A stretch of DNA of 64,000 nucleotides, taken from positions 32,001-96,000 of the forward strand of contig JBEKVV010000002.1 in the NCBI GenBank assembly GCA_049513715.1, in the 5' to 3' direction. The notes beneath the pieces were generated by a model. It did not search any database. It worked only from the letters and a program-made list of their open reading frames with translations, and was not told the origin of the DNA. Of the stretch, positions 1 to 9,704 are shown in pieces (the stretch's first letter is position 1; every line of letters starts with the position of its first letter). The DNA comes from Candidatus Bathyarchaeia archaeon (GTDB lineage: Archaea > Thermoproteota > Bathyarchaeia > 40CM-2-53-6). The position numbers and the translations under genes are program-made.

Positions 1-1
1 C

Positions 2-871
2 CTCTTCGCTCGAAACGGCCGCTACATGACCACTCAGGGAACAGCGAAGATCGAGGACATGGAATACTTTCCCTGCAACTGCCCAGTATGCCACAACAAA
101 ACCCCCAACGACCTACGGAAACTACTACTAATGGAGCGTGAGCGATTCCTCGCCGCCCACAACCTCCACACGTGCCACAGCGAGCTACAGACTGTGAAGC
201 AGGCGATAGTTGATGGAAGGCTCTGGGAGCTCGTTGAATCTAGGTCCCGAAGCCACCCTGCCCTTCAACTTGGATTCCAGAGGCTACTCAAATATGCTGA
301 ACTTCTAGAGCCGAACACACCCGTTTACAAGAAGAAAGGCCCCTTCGTCATTGATCCAGATTCTCTGAACCGCCCAGAAGTTCTGCGGTACGAGAAATCC
401 CTTCTCGAACGATACAGCCCACCCGCCCACGTCAAGAACGTTGCACTCATACCCGAATACTACATGAAACCCTTCCAAGAAAATCCCGAGCAAGGCTCTT
501 TCCTCTCGAAACTCGAGCAACGAAGTGACTTGCACATTTGCTCATACGGCCTTGTCTTCGGCGTGGTACCTCAAGAATTACTGGACGTCTACCCCCTCTC
601 ACAGACCGAAGACGCCCTAACACCTACGCCAGTGACCATGCACCGTGCTACAACACTAATATTGAGCTACTTGAAAGCTGCAAATTACTCACTTTGCATG
701 ATCGTAACTTCAGAACCTTGGCAAATGAGAATCGCTAAGTTCATCAAAGCCAAGAAACCCAAGCATTTGAAGATGAAAATCATCAAGACGAACGAAGATG
801 AAAAACGAAAGGTCCCTGCGCAGATTCTCCGTGAGCTGAGGACAAGAAAACGGCGTCAGCGAATAAGCTAA
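2..871 (+). CDS. tgtA: Archaeosine tRNA-guanine transglycosylase, 5'-truncated at window edge
   Basis: Zn-binding CNCPVC...HNL and 'GRLWELVESRSRSHP', followed by a 'YPLSQ' C-terminal domain typical of arcTGT. Frame is open from the window start. Confidence 0.85.
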   Translation, partial: LFARNGRYMTTQGTAKIEDMEYFPCNCPVCHNKTPNDLRKLLLMERERFLAAHNLHTCHSELQTVKQAIVDGRLWELVESRSRSHPALQLGFQRLLKYAELLEPNTPVYKKKGPFVIDPDSLNRPEVLRYEKSLLERYSPPAHVKNVALIPEYYMKPFQENPEQGSFLSKLEQRSDLHICSYGLVFGVVPQELLDVYPLSQTEDALTPTPVTMHRATTLILSYLKAANYSLCMIVTSEPWQMRIAKFIKAKKPKHLKMKIIKTNEDEKRKVPAQILRELRTRKRRQRIS

Positions 872-902
872 ATCACTACACAGCGGCGTACATTAGTCTC
901 GG

Positions 903-1124
903 TTGATGACGACAATGAACTTGGAGCAAGTCAAGCAAGAAATCACGAATCTCAGCACCACGCCTGTAGCAGAAAAAATGTATCCCATAACATCGGATTG
1001 GGTTCCGGTAACTGATGTCCTCGCAATATTGAACAGGTTCGAGAAACATTGGAAGAAATACCAGGAAGGCAAAAAGAGCGAGGCCGAAACGAAATTGGTA
1101 AACGAAATTCTTGGCGTAGCCTAA
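903..1124 (+). CDS. Small hypothetical protein (73 aa)
   Basis: Co-oriented ORF filling the tgtA-dys gap; no recognisable motif. Confidence 0.55.
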   Translation: MMTTMNLEQVKQEITNLSTTPVAEKMYPITSDWVPVTDVLAILNRFEKHWKKYQEGKKSEAETKLVNEILGVA

Positions 1125-1203
1125 CTCCCGCGACAACTCTGCATGATTTTGCTGCTTTCGCAGGTTTTATTTGAAGTAAGAGTGCACTATTTGGGCGAGT
1201 AAT

Positions 1204-2265
1204 TTGGATAGACATCAGGTTTTGAGGCACCCTACTCGGCCGATTAAGATCGACCCAGACAAAACTGTCAGCGAATTGGTAAGCGAGATGGCGTTGACTG
1301 GGTTTCAGGGCCGCAAGCTCGGAGAAGCAGCTGATGCATGGACTGCGATGCTCAAGAAACGTGAAATAGTCATCTGGATGGGCGTTGCTGGTGCCATGGT
1401 TCCTGCTGGCATGCGTGAACTTATCACATACTTAATCAGGCGAAGGATGATCGACGTCCTCGTCACAACTGGTGCAACCCTCTATCATGACGCTTACGAG
1501 AGCATCGGCGGCAAACACTTTCTCGGAACAGATCAAATTGATAATGTGATGCTGCGAAGGCACAGAATCGACAGGGTTTACGATGTCTACGCAGACGAGA
1601 GGAAATTCTACCAATTGGACGTTATGATTGAGAAAGAATTCTCGTCCCGTCTGCAGCCTGGAAGGCCATATTCCTCCAGGGAGGTCATGCATGAGTTCGG
1701 AAAATGGGTATCCGAGATGGCTGGGGGCAGAGACGGAATTTGTATTTCCGCTTACGAATCGGGCGTCCCAATATTCGTGCCCGCATTCTGCGACAGTGGT
1801 ATGGGTTTCTCGTTGATGTTCTCCAATCGACGAAGGAAGCGCCACATCATCGTCGACCACATGAGGGACGTTGATGAAAGCTCTAGAATAACTGAGAAAT
1901 CGAGGAACACCGCGGTGATCATAGTTGGCGGGGGCGTCCCAAAGAATTTCATTCAACAAACCGCCGTGATTGCCAGCTACCAAACACGGCACGACCGCAC
2001 GCACAACTTCGCGATTCAGTTCACCACCGATGTTCCACAGTGGGGTGGGTTGAGCGGGTCAACTTTCGAAGAAGCCCAGAGTTGGGGCAAATACAACGCC
2101 CGCGCCACAATGGTCCAATGTTTCGCCGATGCAACAATTTCCTTGCCCGTTGTCGTCCAGGCTTTGAGCCAACGTTACAAGAGGCTTAGAAGGCGTGTTC
2201 CTAGGTTCCATTGGAACCATCAACGGGGGGCCCTACAAGTGCAGTTCCAGCCCGCTAGGCTGTGA
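1204..2265 (+). CDS. dys: Deoxyhypusine synthase family protein
   Basis: TGFQG, GGGVPKN, GGLSGST and EAQSWGK (catalytic Lys) motifs. Confidence 0.9.
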   Translation: MDRHQVLRHPTRPIKIDPDKTVSELVSEMALTGFQGRKLGEAADAWTAMLKKREIVIWMGVAGAMVPAGMRELITYLIRRRMIDVLVTTGATLYHDAYESIGGKHFLGTDQIDNVMLRRHRIDRVYDVYADERKFYQLDVMIEKEFSSRLQPGRPYSSREVMHEFGKWVSEMAGGRDGICISAYESGVPIFVPAFCDSGMGFSLMFSNRRRKRHIIVDHMRDVDESSRITEKSRNTAVIIVGGGVPKNFIQQTAVIASYQTRHDRTHNFAIQFTTDVPQWGGLSGSTFEEAQSWGKYNARATMVQCFADATISLPVVVQALSQRYKRLRRRVPRFHWNHQRGALQVQFQPARL

Positions 2266-2277
2266 GTCGCGGGTCGG

Positions 2278-2580
2278 TTAGCCGTATTTGTAGGATATTC
2301 CGAACCCGCCCTTCGGGTTCTTCCAGCCAACGTCATAACAGGCGATTCTGCACGCGCCGCACTCGACGCACGCATCATAGGTTATGGTGATCCTGTTCTC
2401 TTCCCACTTGTAGACATCTGTCGGGCACACCCTGATGCAGACGAAGTTGAACGGGCATTTCAAGCACATCTTCGGGTCCTTGATCCACAGGTGGGGTTCT
2501 TCGTCGACCTTGAAGCGGTCGCGGTATAGCTTGTCCTCGATCGATAAGGCCTTCTGCGCGGTCAACTGAAGAGCCTCCAT
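2278..2580 (-). CDS. fixX: Ferredoxin-like protein FixX
   Basis: CxxC...CP and CVECGACRIAC, C-terminal PKGGFGISYKYG; lies downstream of fixC. Confidence 0.9.
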   Translation of the reverse strand: MEALQLTAQKALSIEDKLYRDRFKVDEEPHLWIKDPKMCLKCPFNFVCIRVCPTDVYKWEENRITITYDACVECGACRIACYDVGWKNPKGGFGISYKYG

Positions 2581-3842
2581 ATGTGGTAAAGATCGCGTGC
2601 CAGCCCAAGCCTAGAGCGGCGCTTGAACAATGTTGATTTCAGTTCCTTCATCTTGGCAGCTTTTGTGTCATCATCAACGACATGCCACATGTACGCTAGT
2701 TCGTTTAGTGTCTCAGGATAGAGTGTGAAGAAGTATGGGTTTGATGAGAAGAATGTCGGTATCTCTCGGTATTTTCTTAGATCCTTGAGGACAAAGCTCT
2801 GCTCTAGCCTTCGCTTGTAGTTGGCTAGGGTGCGTGATGAATAGTCGTTTCTTTTCTTTGCCTCGATGATGGTTTCTCCCGCTATGATCCCTGAAGTCAT
2901 TGCGAGGTTGGTGCCTTCCCAGTTGATGGCGTTGACAAGCATCGCCGCGTCGCCGGCGACCAGCATGCCGTCTGTGTAGATTCTTGATACGTAATCGTAA
3001 CCCCCTTCGGGGATCAAGTGGGCTGAGTACTCCTTCAGTTCCGTATCTTGGATGAGCGGGGCGATTGATGGGTGGTTCTTGAATTGTTCCATCAGGATGT
3101 TGGGGCGTTGGCCGCTCTTGTCTAGGTCTCGTATGCTGACGCCGATTCCCAGCGAGATGGTGTCCCTGTTAGTGTACATGAATCCGGCATGCATCCCAGG
3201 CCCCCACCCAACTAGGAGCGCTGCGATGCCTTCGTCCGGTTTCAGGTTGAAACGCTCCTCGATCTTCTGTTTCGGTAGCGCCAGAACTTCCTTTACGGCG
3301 AGGACTACCGCGTTAGGTGGTATCTCCTCCCTCAACCCGGCCTGTTTCGACAGCATGGAGTTGACGCCGTCACCGGCCACCACCACATCCGCCAAGACAT
3401 CACCGCGTTCTGTCTTGACCCCAATGATCTTCCCGTTTTCCTTGATGACATCGTCCGCTGTGGTTCTATTGATTATTGTGGCGCCTGCGTCTTCTGCGAG
3501 TTTAGCAAACCATGGGTCGAATTTTGCGCGGTGCACGGTAAACGCGTTGTAGCGGTCATTGAAGCGCTGGTTCCTGTGGCTGAGTAGGAGATGTGAATCT
3601 TTCGAGAGAAACCAGTACTGGTACTCAACAACATGTCTCTCAACCGGGGCCGTCTTCCAGAACTCAGGGGCAATTTTCTCAGTTTGGTGTCTGAAGATGA
3701 CGCCGCCGAACATGTTCTTGGCGCCCGGCCTCTCGCCTTTCTCCAGGACGAGAACGTTGAGGCCAGCCTTCGCCATCGTGTAGGCTGCTGCGATGCCTGC
3801 AGGTCCCGCCCCGACAACTACTGAGTCGAACTTGTCTGCCAT
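2562..3842 (-). CDS. fixC: ETF:quinone oxidoreductase FixC-like flavoprotein
   Basis: GAGPAG FAD motif, GAKNMFGG, EYSAHLIPEGG, GDAA. Confidence 0.9.
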   Translation of the reverse strand: MADKFDSVVVGAGPAGIAAAYTMAKAGLNVLVLEKGERPGAKNMFGGVIFRHQTEKIAPEFWKTAPVERHVVEYQYWFLSKDSHLLLSHRNQRFNDRYNAFTVHRAKFDPWFAKLAEDAGATIINRTTADDVIKENGKIIGVKTERGDVLADVVVAGDGVNSMLSKQAGLREEIPPNAVVLAVKEVLALPKQKIEERFNLKPDEGIAALLVGWGPGMHAGFMYTNRDTISLGIGVSIRDLDKSGQRPNILMEQFKNHPSIAPLIQDTELKEYSAHLIPEGGYDYVSRIYTDGMLVAGDAAMLVNAINWEGTNLAMTSGIIAGETIIEAKKRNDYSSRTLANYKRRLEQSFVLKDLRKYREIPTFFSSNPYFFTLYPETLNELAYMWHVVDDDTKAAKMKELKSTLFKRRSRLGLARDLYHIWRLFS

Positions 3843-5734
3843 GGTGCCAACTCAGCTATGCCAACGGTCCTTAGTTCCTCAATTAGTGCTGGGACAATCT
3901 TGAAGAGGTCGCCTACTACGCCGAAATCTGCCATCTTGAAGATAGGTGCGTTTGAATCACGGTTAATGGCAACTATGTAATCCGCGTTCATTATCCCGAC
4001 AATGTGTTGGATTGCTCCCGAAATTCCAACGGCAATGTAGAGCCGCGGCCGAACCGTTAGCCCTGTCTGGCCCACTTGATGCTCATAACCAATCCAACCC
4101 GACCGCACAGCGGCCCGCGAGGCCCCAAATTGCCCGTGCAGGACACTCGCCAGCTCCTCGATCAAGCCAAAGTTCTTGGCTGAACCTAGCCCTCTCCCGC
4201 CGGACACGATGACATGTGCGTCCTCTAACCTGACGCCTACCTTCTCAATTGGCACGAAATCGATGACTTCCGTGTTCACGTCGCTTGGTCTGAGGTCCAC
4301 CTTCACGTTGACAATTTCCCCGGCACGGCCAGCCATCGGTGGGAGGCCTTTCATGACGCGTGGCCTCACGCTGGCCATCGTTGGCCGATGTTTGGGGCAG
4401 ATGATCGTCGACATCAAATTGCCGCCGTAGTCCGGCCGCGTCCCCATGAATGTTCCAGTTTCAATCTCAACATCCAATGCAGTGCAGTCGGCGATCAACC
4501 CTGTTTCTAAGAATGTTGCGGCTGAGCCAGCTAAGTCTCGCCCGCGGATGGTTCCGCCTATTAGCAGCGCTTCGGGCTTGAATTGTCTGACCGCCTCTTT
4601 CATAGCGACTGCATAGGGCTGTGTTCTATAATCCTCTAGACGCTCGTCTTCAACTACGTAGACCTTGTCGGCACCATGCCGGAAAGCTTCCTTCGCCAAG
4701 GGCGAAACATTGTTGCCAATCACGATCGCTGCCAGGTTGGTGCCGTAAATTCGCGCCAATCGTCTTCCTTCACCAAGAAGTTCCCAGGCCACTGGGGCAG
4801 GCTTACCGTGAAATTGTTCAACGAAAACCCAGACCTCTCCAAACTTTCTCAAGTTACCTTGGTTGGCCATTGTGGGAGCACTCAAAGATTCAGGCGTAGA
4901 AACCGGTGGTGCCGTCTGTTCCGAAGTCCCGAATGCCTTGACTTGAATCAGCTTTTTCACCAGCCATTCTGCTGCACCTCGCGGGTCCGAGGTTCCGTCG
5001 AAGACCTCGCCTTGCTTTCTGCCTGGGGGTGGGAAAACCTTCTTCACAATGGTTGGTGAGCCTTTCAAGCCTAGAAAGTTTGATTCGGCCTCTATCTTGT
5101 TCTTGTCCCAGATTTCAATTTGTGTTTGCTTTGCCTTGAGCATTCCCTGGATAGTGAACTTCCTCGGTTTGTTTACTTCCTCTGTGACCGTCAGAACTGC
5201 GGGCAGGTTAGCTTTGACGGTTTCAATTCCGTCGTCAAAACGATGTCTGGCGACGATTGTCCTAGCCTGAGGGTCCAGCTTCTCAATCTTGGTCACATTC
5301 GAGATTATCGGGACGTTGAACCTCACGGCGAGGCCAGGGGGAACTTGCCCGGTCTCTCCGTCAATGGCGACTCTTCCGGTTATGATGAGATCGAACGGGT
5401 TTGTCTCCGCGATTTTGGTGATGCTCTTCCAGAGTGTGTATGAGGTTGCAAGCGTGTCTGCGCCAGCCATCTCCCTGTCCGACACCATGAATGCTCGATC
5501 TACGCCCATTGCCAGAGCTTCCCGAAGGCCCTCCTGCGCCTGGAGTGGCCCCATCGCAACAGCAGTGATTGTGGCACCCAGCCTCTCCTTGAGTCGAATC
5601 GCTTCTTCGATGGCGTTAAGGCAGAGGGGATTGACGATTGAGGGAACTCCCTCACGAATCAGATTTAGTGTGATCGGGTCGAAACGAATATCGGTTGCAT
5701 CGGGAACGTGTTTGACGCAGACCACAATATGCAA
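3818..5734 (-). CDS. fixAB: Fused electron transfer flavoprotein beta+alpha (FixA-FixB)
   Basis: N-terminal VCVKHVPD / GADTLAT / DGETGQV (beta); C-terminal SGGRG, GASRAAV, QVGQTG, GISGAIQH (alpha); one continuous 638-aa ORF. Confidence 0.9.
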   Translation of the reverse strand: MHIVVCVKHVPDATDIRFDPITLNLIREGVPSIVNPLCLNAIEEAIRLKERLGATITAVAMGPLQAQEGLREALAMGVDRAFMVSDREMAGADTLATSYTLWKSITKIAETNPFDLIITGRVAIDGETGQVPPGLAVRFNVPIISNVTKIEKLDPQARTIVARHRFDDGIETVKANLPAVLTVTEEVNKPRKFTIQGMLKAKQTQIEIWDKNKIEAESNFLGLKGSPTIVKKVFPPPGRKQGEVFDGTSDPRGAAEWLVKKLIQVKAFGTSEQTAPPVSTPESLSAPTMANQGNLRKFGEVWVFVEQFHGKPAPVAWELLGEGRRLARIYGTNLAAIVIGNNVSPLAKEAFRHGADKVYVVEDERLEDYRTQPYAVAMKEAVRQFKPEALLIGGTIRGRDLAGSAATFLETGLIADCTALDVEIETGTFMGTRPDYGGNLMSTIICPKHRPTMASVRPRVMKGLPPMAGRAGEIVNVKVDLRPSDVNTEVIDFVPIEKVGVRLEDAHVIVSGGRGLGSAKNFGLIEELASVLHGQFGASRAAVRSGWIGYEHQVGQTGLTVRPRLYIAVGISGAIQHIVGIMNADYIVAINRDSNAPIFKMADFGVVGDLFKIVPALIEELRTVGIAELAPWQTSSTQ

Positions 5735-5873
5735 ATCGCTTCAGCCTGCTTAGATGATTTTAAGGTCGGTTCAGCCTCTTTTGGACTGAACTGATTTTTC
5801 GTTGCGTGAGGGCACGGTCTAACCTTTTAGTGTTTCCTGAAACGAAATGACGGCAACTAATGGAGCATGTGGC

Positions 5874-6137
5874 CTATTCATTATCTGATTCGGAATCGTC
5901 CGGACCAGATTCTGAGGCTTCCGCCGCTCCCTGCGTAGCTGCTGCGCGTTCCGCTTCAACAACCTTTAGCCTAGTCACATAACCCGCTATTCTATTGCGA
6001 AGGCGTTTGGACGGGGTCTCTACCAGTTGATTCACGCCTTCTTTGTCTGATTCAAATTCTCCCGTAAAGTGGTCGGGATATCGCCTCAAGAGTTCACGGG
6101 ATACCCGTTTTACGGTTTCAGTTCGAACTTTACCCAA
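5874..6137 (-). CDS. rps17e: 30S ribosomal protein S17e
   Basis: (M)GKVRTETVKR...SKRLRNRIAGYVT signature; TTG start inferred at 6137. Confidence 0.92.
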   Translation of the reverse strand: MGKVRTETVKRVSRELLRRYPDHFTGEFESDKEGVNQLVETPSKRLRNRIAGYVTRLKVVEAERAAATQGAAEASESGPDDSESDNE

Positions 6138-6310
6138 ATGCAACAGCTCTTGCGCGGAACTTGACATGAGCACGCCGTAACTCACATAAACTTTGCTAAT
6201 AGGGGTGTTGTCAAGTTGTTGTCGGCTTCTTTGGGGTGTCAAAACTCGTCGGCTGAGAAGCGTTCTGGATTAGCGTTACCCATTTGTTCTTCTTTATGAG
6301 ATAGTCAATT

Positions 6311-6562
6311 TCAGTTGCGTTGGTACTTCCACCAAACGAGTAGATTCACAGTAAGCGCTACGAGGGTCATAGTAGTCGCAGCAAAAGCGAACTCCCATGT
6401 TACGAGTTGATGGTTCCTCAAGAGAGCGTAGAAGATTACCGTATCTGCAATGGCGACTACGAGCAGCACCCGCACGAAGAGACTTTGTTTGCTTGTCAAT
6501 CCTTTCAAATCTGAATTGCCTCTAACTTCACTGCTTTGGATCTTTGTATTTAGCGCTTGCAT
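6311..6562 (-). CDS. Small two-TM hypothetical membrane protein
   Basis: Two hydrophobic segments; AT-richer surroundings. Confidence 0.5.
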   Translation of the reverse strand: MQALNTKIQSSEVRGNSDLKGLTSKQSLFVRVLLVVAIADTVIFYALLRNHQLVTWEFAFAATTMTLVALTVNLLVWWKYQRN

Positions 6563-6625
6563 TCCGAATTATTGAAATTTACAGCCATAATTAGCCGATA
6601 TAGACTTGACAAAATCGAATTGAGC

Positions 6626-7126
6626 CTAGCAATCAAGTTCTTCTTCAAGTGCTTGGATGGCTTCTCCTACCAAAGCATCGATCTTTAGGGCGTACAGATC
6701 TGGACTCATATAGATGTAGGAATCCGTGCCGATGGTTCTGATATACCCGTAATTGTTGGTTCCTCCGTCTGGTTGCATCACTGGCTCATTAAGTCTGGGA
6801 ACAAAACGGTATGCTTCTTGCACCTTGCGCCAAGTGTCAATGCCTAGTAGCCCTGCAAGTTCAGGTCGCATAGCATCGTATGTAGCGGTTATGAAAGGAA
6901 ACTCATAGACCGATATCGCAAACGTATGACCCCCTGTCTTAGCAGCTTCGTTGGCTGCCTTGGACACAGTAATGTGAACCGCTTTGAGTTCTGCTAGAAG
7001 AGATCGTTTGATCCGCAGACTTCTACGGTTGTCTTTCCACCATTGGCTCAATTGAGCCAGCAAGAAACCAACGATTACTCCAGCGAGTGTCGATAATATG
7101 GAAGGCAAAGCATCTGAGAGGTTCAA
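6626..7126 (-). CDS. Hypothetical protein with N-terminal TM helix
   Basis: 166-aa ORF directly downstream of the transposase remnant. Confidence 0.6.
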   Translation of the reverse strand: MNLSDALPSILSTLAGVIVGFLLAQLSQWWKDNRRSLRIKRSLLAELKAVHITVSKAANEAAKTGGHTFAISVYEFPFITATYDAMRPELAGLLGIDTWRKVQEAYRFVPRLNEPVMQPDGGTNNYGYIRTIGTDSYIYMSPDLYALKIDALVGEAIQALEEELDC

Positions 7127-7142
7127 TCTTCAATCTCTATGT

Positions 7143-7300
7143 TCATGGTGTAACTTTCTTGTACTTGGCATTTTGGATCAGAGTGAGCCACTTGTCTTGT
7201 CCTTCAACTTGTATCCCTGCCAAGTCTGCGGGCGTCTTTCCATCCAATCCCATGTGTGGGCGAACACAGTTGTGGAAAATCTGCATTCCCTTTTGATTTT
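7143..7300 (-). pseudogene. C-terminal remnant of an IS6-like transposase
   Basis: KGMQIFHNCVRPHMGLDGKTPADLAGIQVEGQDKWLTLIQNA aligns with the C-terminus of the intact transposase at 42124-43248 (KGVQIYHNFVKPHMALDNRTPAQAAGIEVKGKDKWLTIIQNA). Confidence 0.85.
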
Positions 7301-7308
7301 CTTGTGAA

Positions 7309-8094
7309 CTAGGCTTCACTTGAATTCGGCACAAGCCTTTTGAAATTCTGCCACACGGCATCTTGGGTGTCTTCAGTGCTGATGGATTTGATTTCGGCGA
7401 TCTTGTGGGCCACATGGATTACGAAAGATGGCATCGTTACTTTGCCTTCGAACTGTGGACCACGAAATCGAACTGGGCCGTCGGTTTCCGTGAGTACGGT
7501 GCTGATGTCAGCTAAGCGGACCAATTCCTGAAGCCTGCGCGAGTACAATAACGCCGGGCCAAACGAGATCAGGTAACCACGGTCTCCGCAAATCTTGAGT
7601 TGGTCGGTCGTTCCATCGAACCAGTGCAGGAGCACCCTCTGAAGCCGGAAGTTCGGAAGTACATTCAACACATCTTCGACCGCAGACCTGGAATGGATGA
7701 TCACAGGCAGCTCGTTTTGTTCTGCCAAGTGAAGGAAAAACTGGAATACCTCTCTTTGCCGTTTCTTACGCTCCAAGTCCTGAGTGTACGTTCCATCTAG
7801 CCCTATCTCGCCGATGGCTTTCACGTGTTTGTGGGTCTCTTGGAGGAGCTTCTCGAATTCTCTGAGCTTGCAGTCTTCGGTCTTGGTGGCTGTGGAAGGG
7901 TGGACCCCTACGGCTGCAAGAATCAGGCCTTGGTGGCGTTTTGCTAAAGCTACGGTTTCCACAGACGTTTCGTAGTCCACTGCATTTGAGAGCAGTTGCG
8001 AAACACTGTTCCTTACTGCGTCCTGAACGATGAATTCGACCTGGCCAGCGTAACCTGGATCGGCTACGTGTAGGTGTGCGTCAATGTAGGTCAA
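7309..8094 (-). CDS. tatD: TatD family deoxyribonuclease
   Basis: DAHLH, GVHP, IGEIGLD, IIHSR, LTETDGP motifs. Confidence 0.92.
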   Translation of the reverse strand: MTYIDAHLHVADPGYAGQVEFIVQDAVRNSVSQLLSNAVDYETSVETVALAKRHQGLILAAVGVHPSTATKTEDCKLREFEKLLQETHKHVKAIGEIGLDGTYTQDLERKKRQREVFQFFLHLAEQNELPVIIHSRSAVEDVLNVLPNFRLQRVLLHWFDGTTDQLKICGDRGYLISFGPALLYSRRLQELVRLADISTVLTETDGPVRFRGPQFEGKVTMPSFVIHVAHKIAEIKSISTEDTQDAVWQNFKRLVPNSSEA

Positions 8095-8302
8095 TTGGGA
8101 AACTTCCGAAGTGGAATTATTGCTGAATATAACTCAATCCTAGGGGGCAGTTGGGGCTATGGGCTTGTTTTTTGCAATAAAACCGTTCGCATCCCCCAAT
8201 GTAGGCTACGAATAACAAAACATTAGCCCTACGTGCCCTATTCCCTCTAATGAAGAAGTTTTAATAGCTTCAATCCCCTCGCGTGAAGAATCGTGGTTTT
8301 TG

Positions 8303-8524
8303 ATGGCCCCACATGAGCTTTCCACAGCCGCAGTCCGTAGGCTAATCGAAATGGCCGGAGCCGACCGAGTTGGCGACGACGCGGTTGAGGAACTCGGAAA
8401 GATACTGGAGGACTTCGCGGTCAAAGTCGGGACGGAAGCTACGGGCTTGGCGAAACATGCAGGCAGAAAGACCGTAAAAGCTCAGGACATTCAACTGGCC
8501 ATCAAGAGAGTGCCGCCGCCTTAG
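8303..8524 (+). CDS. Archaeal histone
   Basis: RLIEMAGADRV...AKHAGRKTVKAQDI histone-fold signature. Confidence 0.92.
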   Translation: MAPHELSTAAVRRLIEMAGADRVGDDAVEELGKILEDFAVKVGTEATGLAKHAGRKTVKAQDIQLAIKRVPPP

Positions 8525-8614
8525 AACACCCTACCTATGCGCTTAGCGCGTTAGAGTCTGCTTTATCGCTAAACACAAAATGTTCGAAAACCAGTTCAGA
8601 TCGCCGTTCTTGTA

Positions 8615-8998
8615 TTAGTGGCAGGGTTTCGCTTTCTGCATCTCAGACTTCTGGGAGGTCTTAAAGGATAGGCCACAGCCGCAACTGGCCACGGCGTTGG
8701 GGTTGTTGAACTTGAAACCAGATGACTGTACGGTCTCATAGTAATCGACCTGCATCCCCTTCAGGAACTCCATGCTCTTGGGGTCCACAACAACCTTGCA
8801 TCCCTCAGATTCTAAGACGAAGTCGTCGGGTTTCGTGAAGCCCAAGGCCATGCTGTAGTTGAGGCCAGCGCAACCGCCGCCGATCACGAAGATTCTGAGC
8901 GCTTTTCCTTCGTTTTCCGGTTTCTGGAGTATCGCTTTGACTCGGGCGAGGGATTTGTCGGTTAATGTGAGTGGTGGTTGTGTTATTGTTGTTTCCAG
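8615..8998 (-). CDS. A-type Fe-S cluster carrier (IscA/HesB family)
   Basis: GGCAG...FNNPNAVASCGCGLSF. The frame extends to 8998 through the conserved LTLTDKSLARVK...LRIFV N-terminus. Confidence 0.9.
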   Translation of the reverse strand: METTITQPPLTLTDKSLARVKAILQKPENEGKALRIFVIGGGCAGLNYSMALGFTKPDDFVLESEGCKVVVDPKSMEFLKGMQVDYYETVQSSGFKFNNPNAVASCGCGLSFKTSQKSEMQKAKPCH

Positions 8999-9172
8999 CG
9001 GTTTGACCCCCGATCATAAAAGCTCTTTCCCCAGGTAATTTGACTCCGCACTGTCCTTCCAAAAGCGTACTCACATGCTCTCGGAAGAGCAAGTAGAAAA
9101 GTGACATCTTCTCCCTTGATTCCAAGCCCCCTTAAATCCTAGGAAAACTCAATCATGAATGAGGTGTAACCG

Positions 9173-9253
9173 TTGGTTAAGAAGAAGAGCAAGCTGAGGA
9201 TCACAGAGAGCTCACCTAGGGTCGAGACAACAGAGGAAGAGTACGTCGCGTAG
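9173..9253 (+). CDS. Putative 26-aa small protein MVKKKSKLRITESSPRVETTEEEYVA
   Basis: TTG start 6 nt after GAGGTG (SD-like) in an otherwise empty intergenic region. Confidence 0.35.
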   Translation: MVKKKSKLRITESSPRVETTEEEYVA

Positions 9254-9367
9254 ATTCACCCAGAAGCGGTAATCCCCGCGGAACTCTACAGACGCTATTG
9301 GTGTGAGCGCTGCTCAGGATTAGATAAGAATTTAACTTGTTCCCAGAGACCTGACACAAGAACAGAG

Positions 9368-9703
9368 TTGGCCGCCCTCCCGGTTCTAGTAGCAGGCCTT
9401 CACGGCCACGGTCTCATAATCCTCGGAGCAGTCGTGCTATTCGTCTTGGTCATTTGGTACGTTTTCAAAGTCAAGAATACGTTCGCTCACATACCACGGC
9501 TGGAAAAACCTTGGGTCGTGCTCGAGGGCGGAGTAGCATTACTTTTTCTAGGGATTGTATTGATCGCATTAAAGGACGTCATGGGTGTTTCATTCGGCCT
9601 CTTTGAGGACGTAGATGACACCATCATCACTGCCTCAGCGTTGTTCATTTTTGCCGCTATGGTCTTGATGAAAAGGGCTTGGACTGTAAACGAGATCGAG
9701 TGA
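9368..9703 (+). CDS. Three-TM membrane protein coupled to a KaiC-like ATPase
   Basis: Hydrophobic segments; stop lies 1 nt before the next gene. Confidence 0.7.
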   Translation: MAALPVLVAGLHGHGLIILGAVVLFVLVIWYVFKVKNTFAHIPRLEKPWVVLEGGVALLFLGIVLIALKDVMGVSFGLFEDVDDTIITASALFIFAAMVLMKRAWTVNEIE

Positions 9704-9704
9704 A

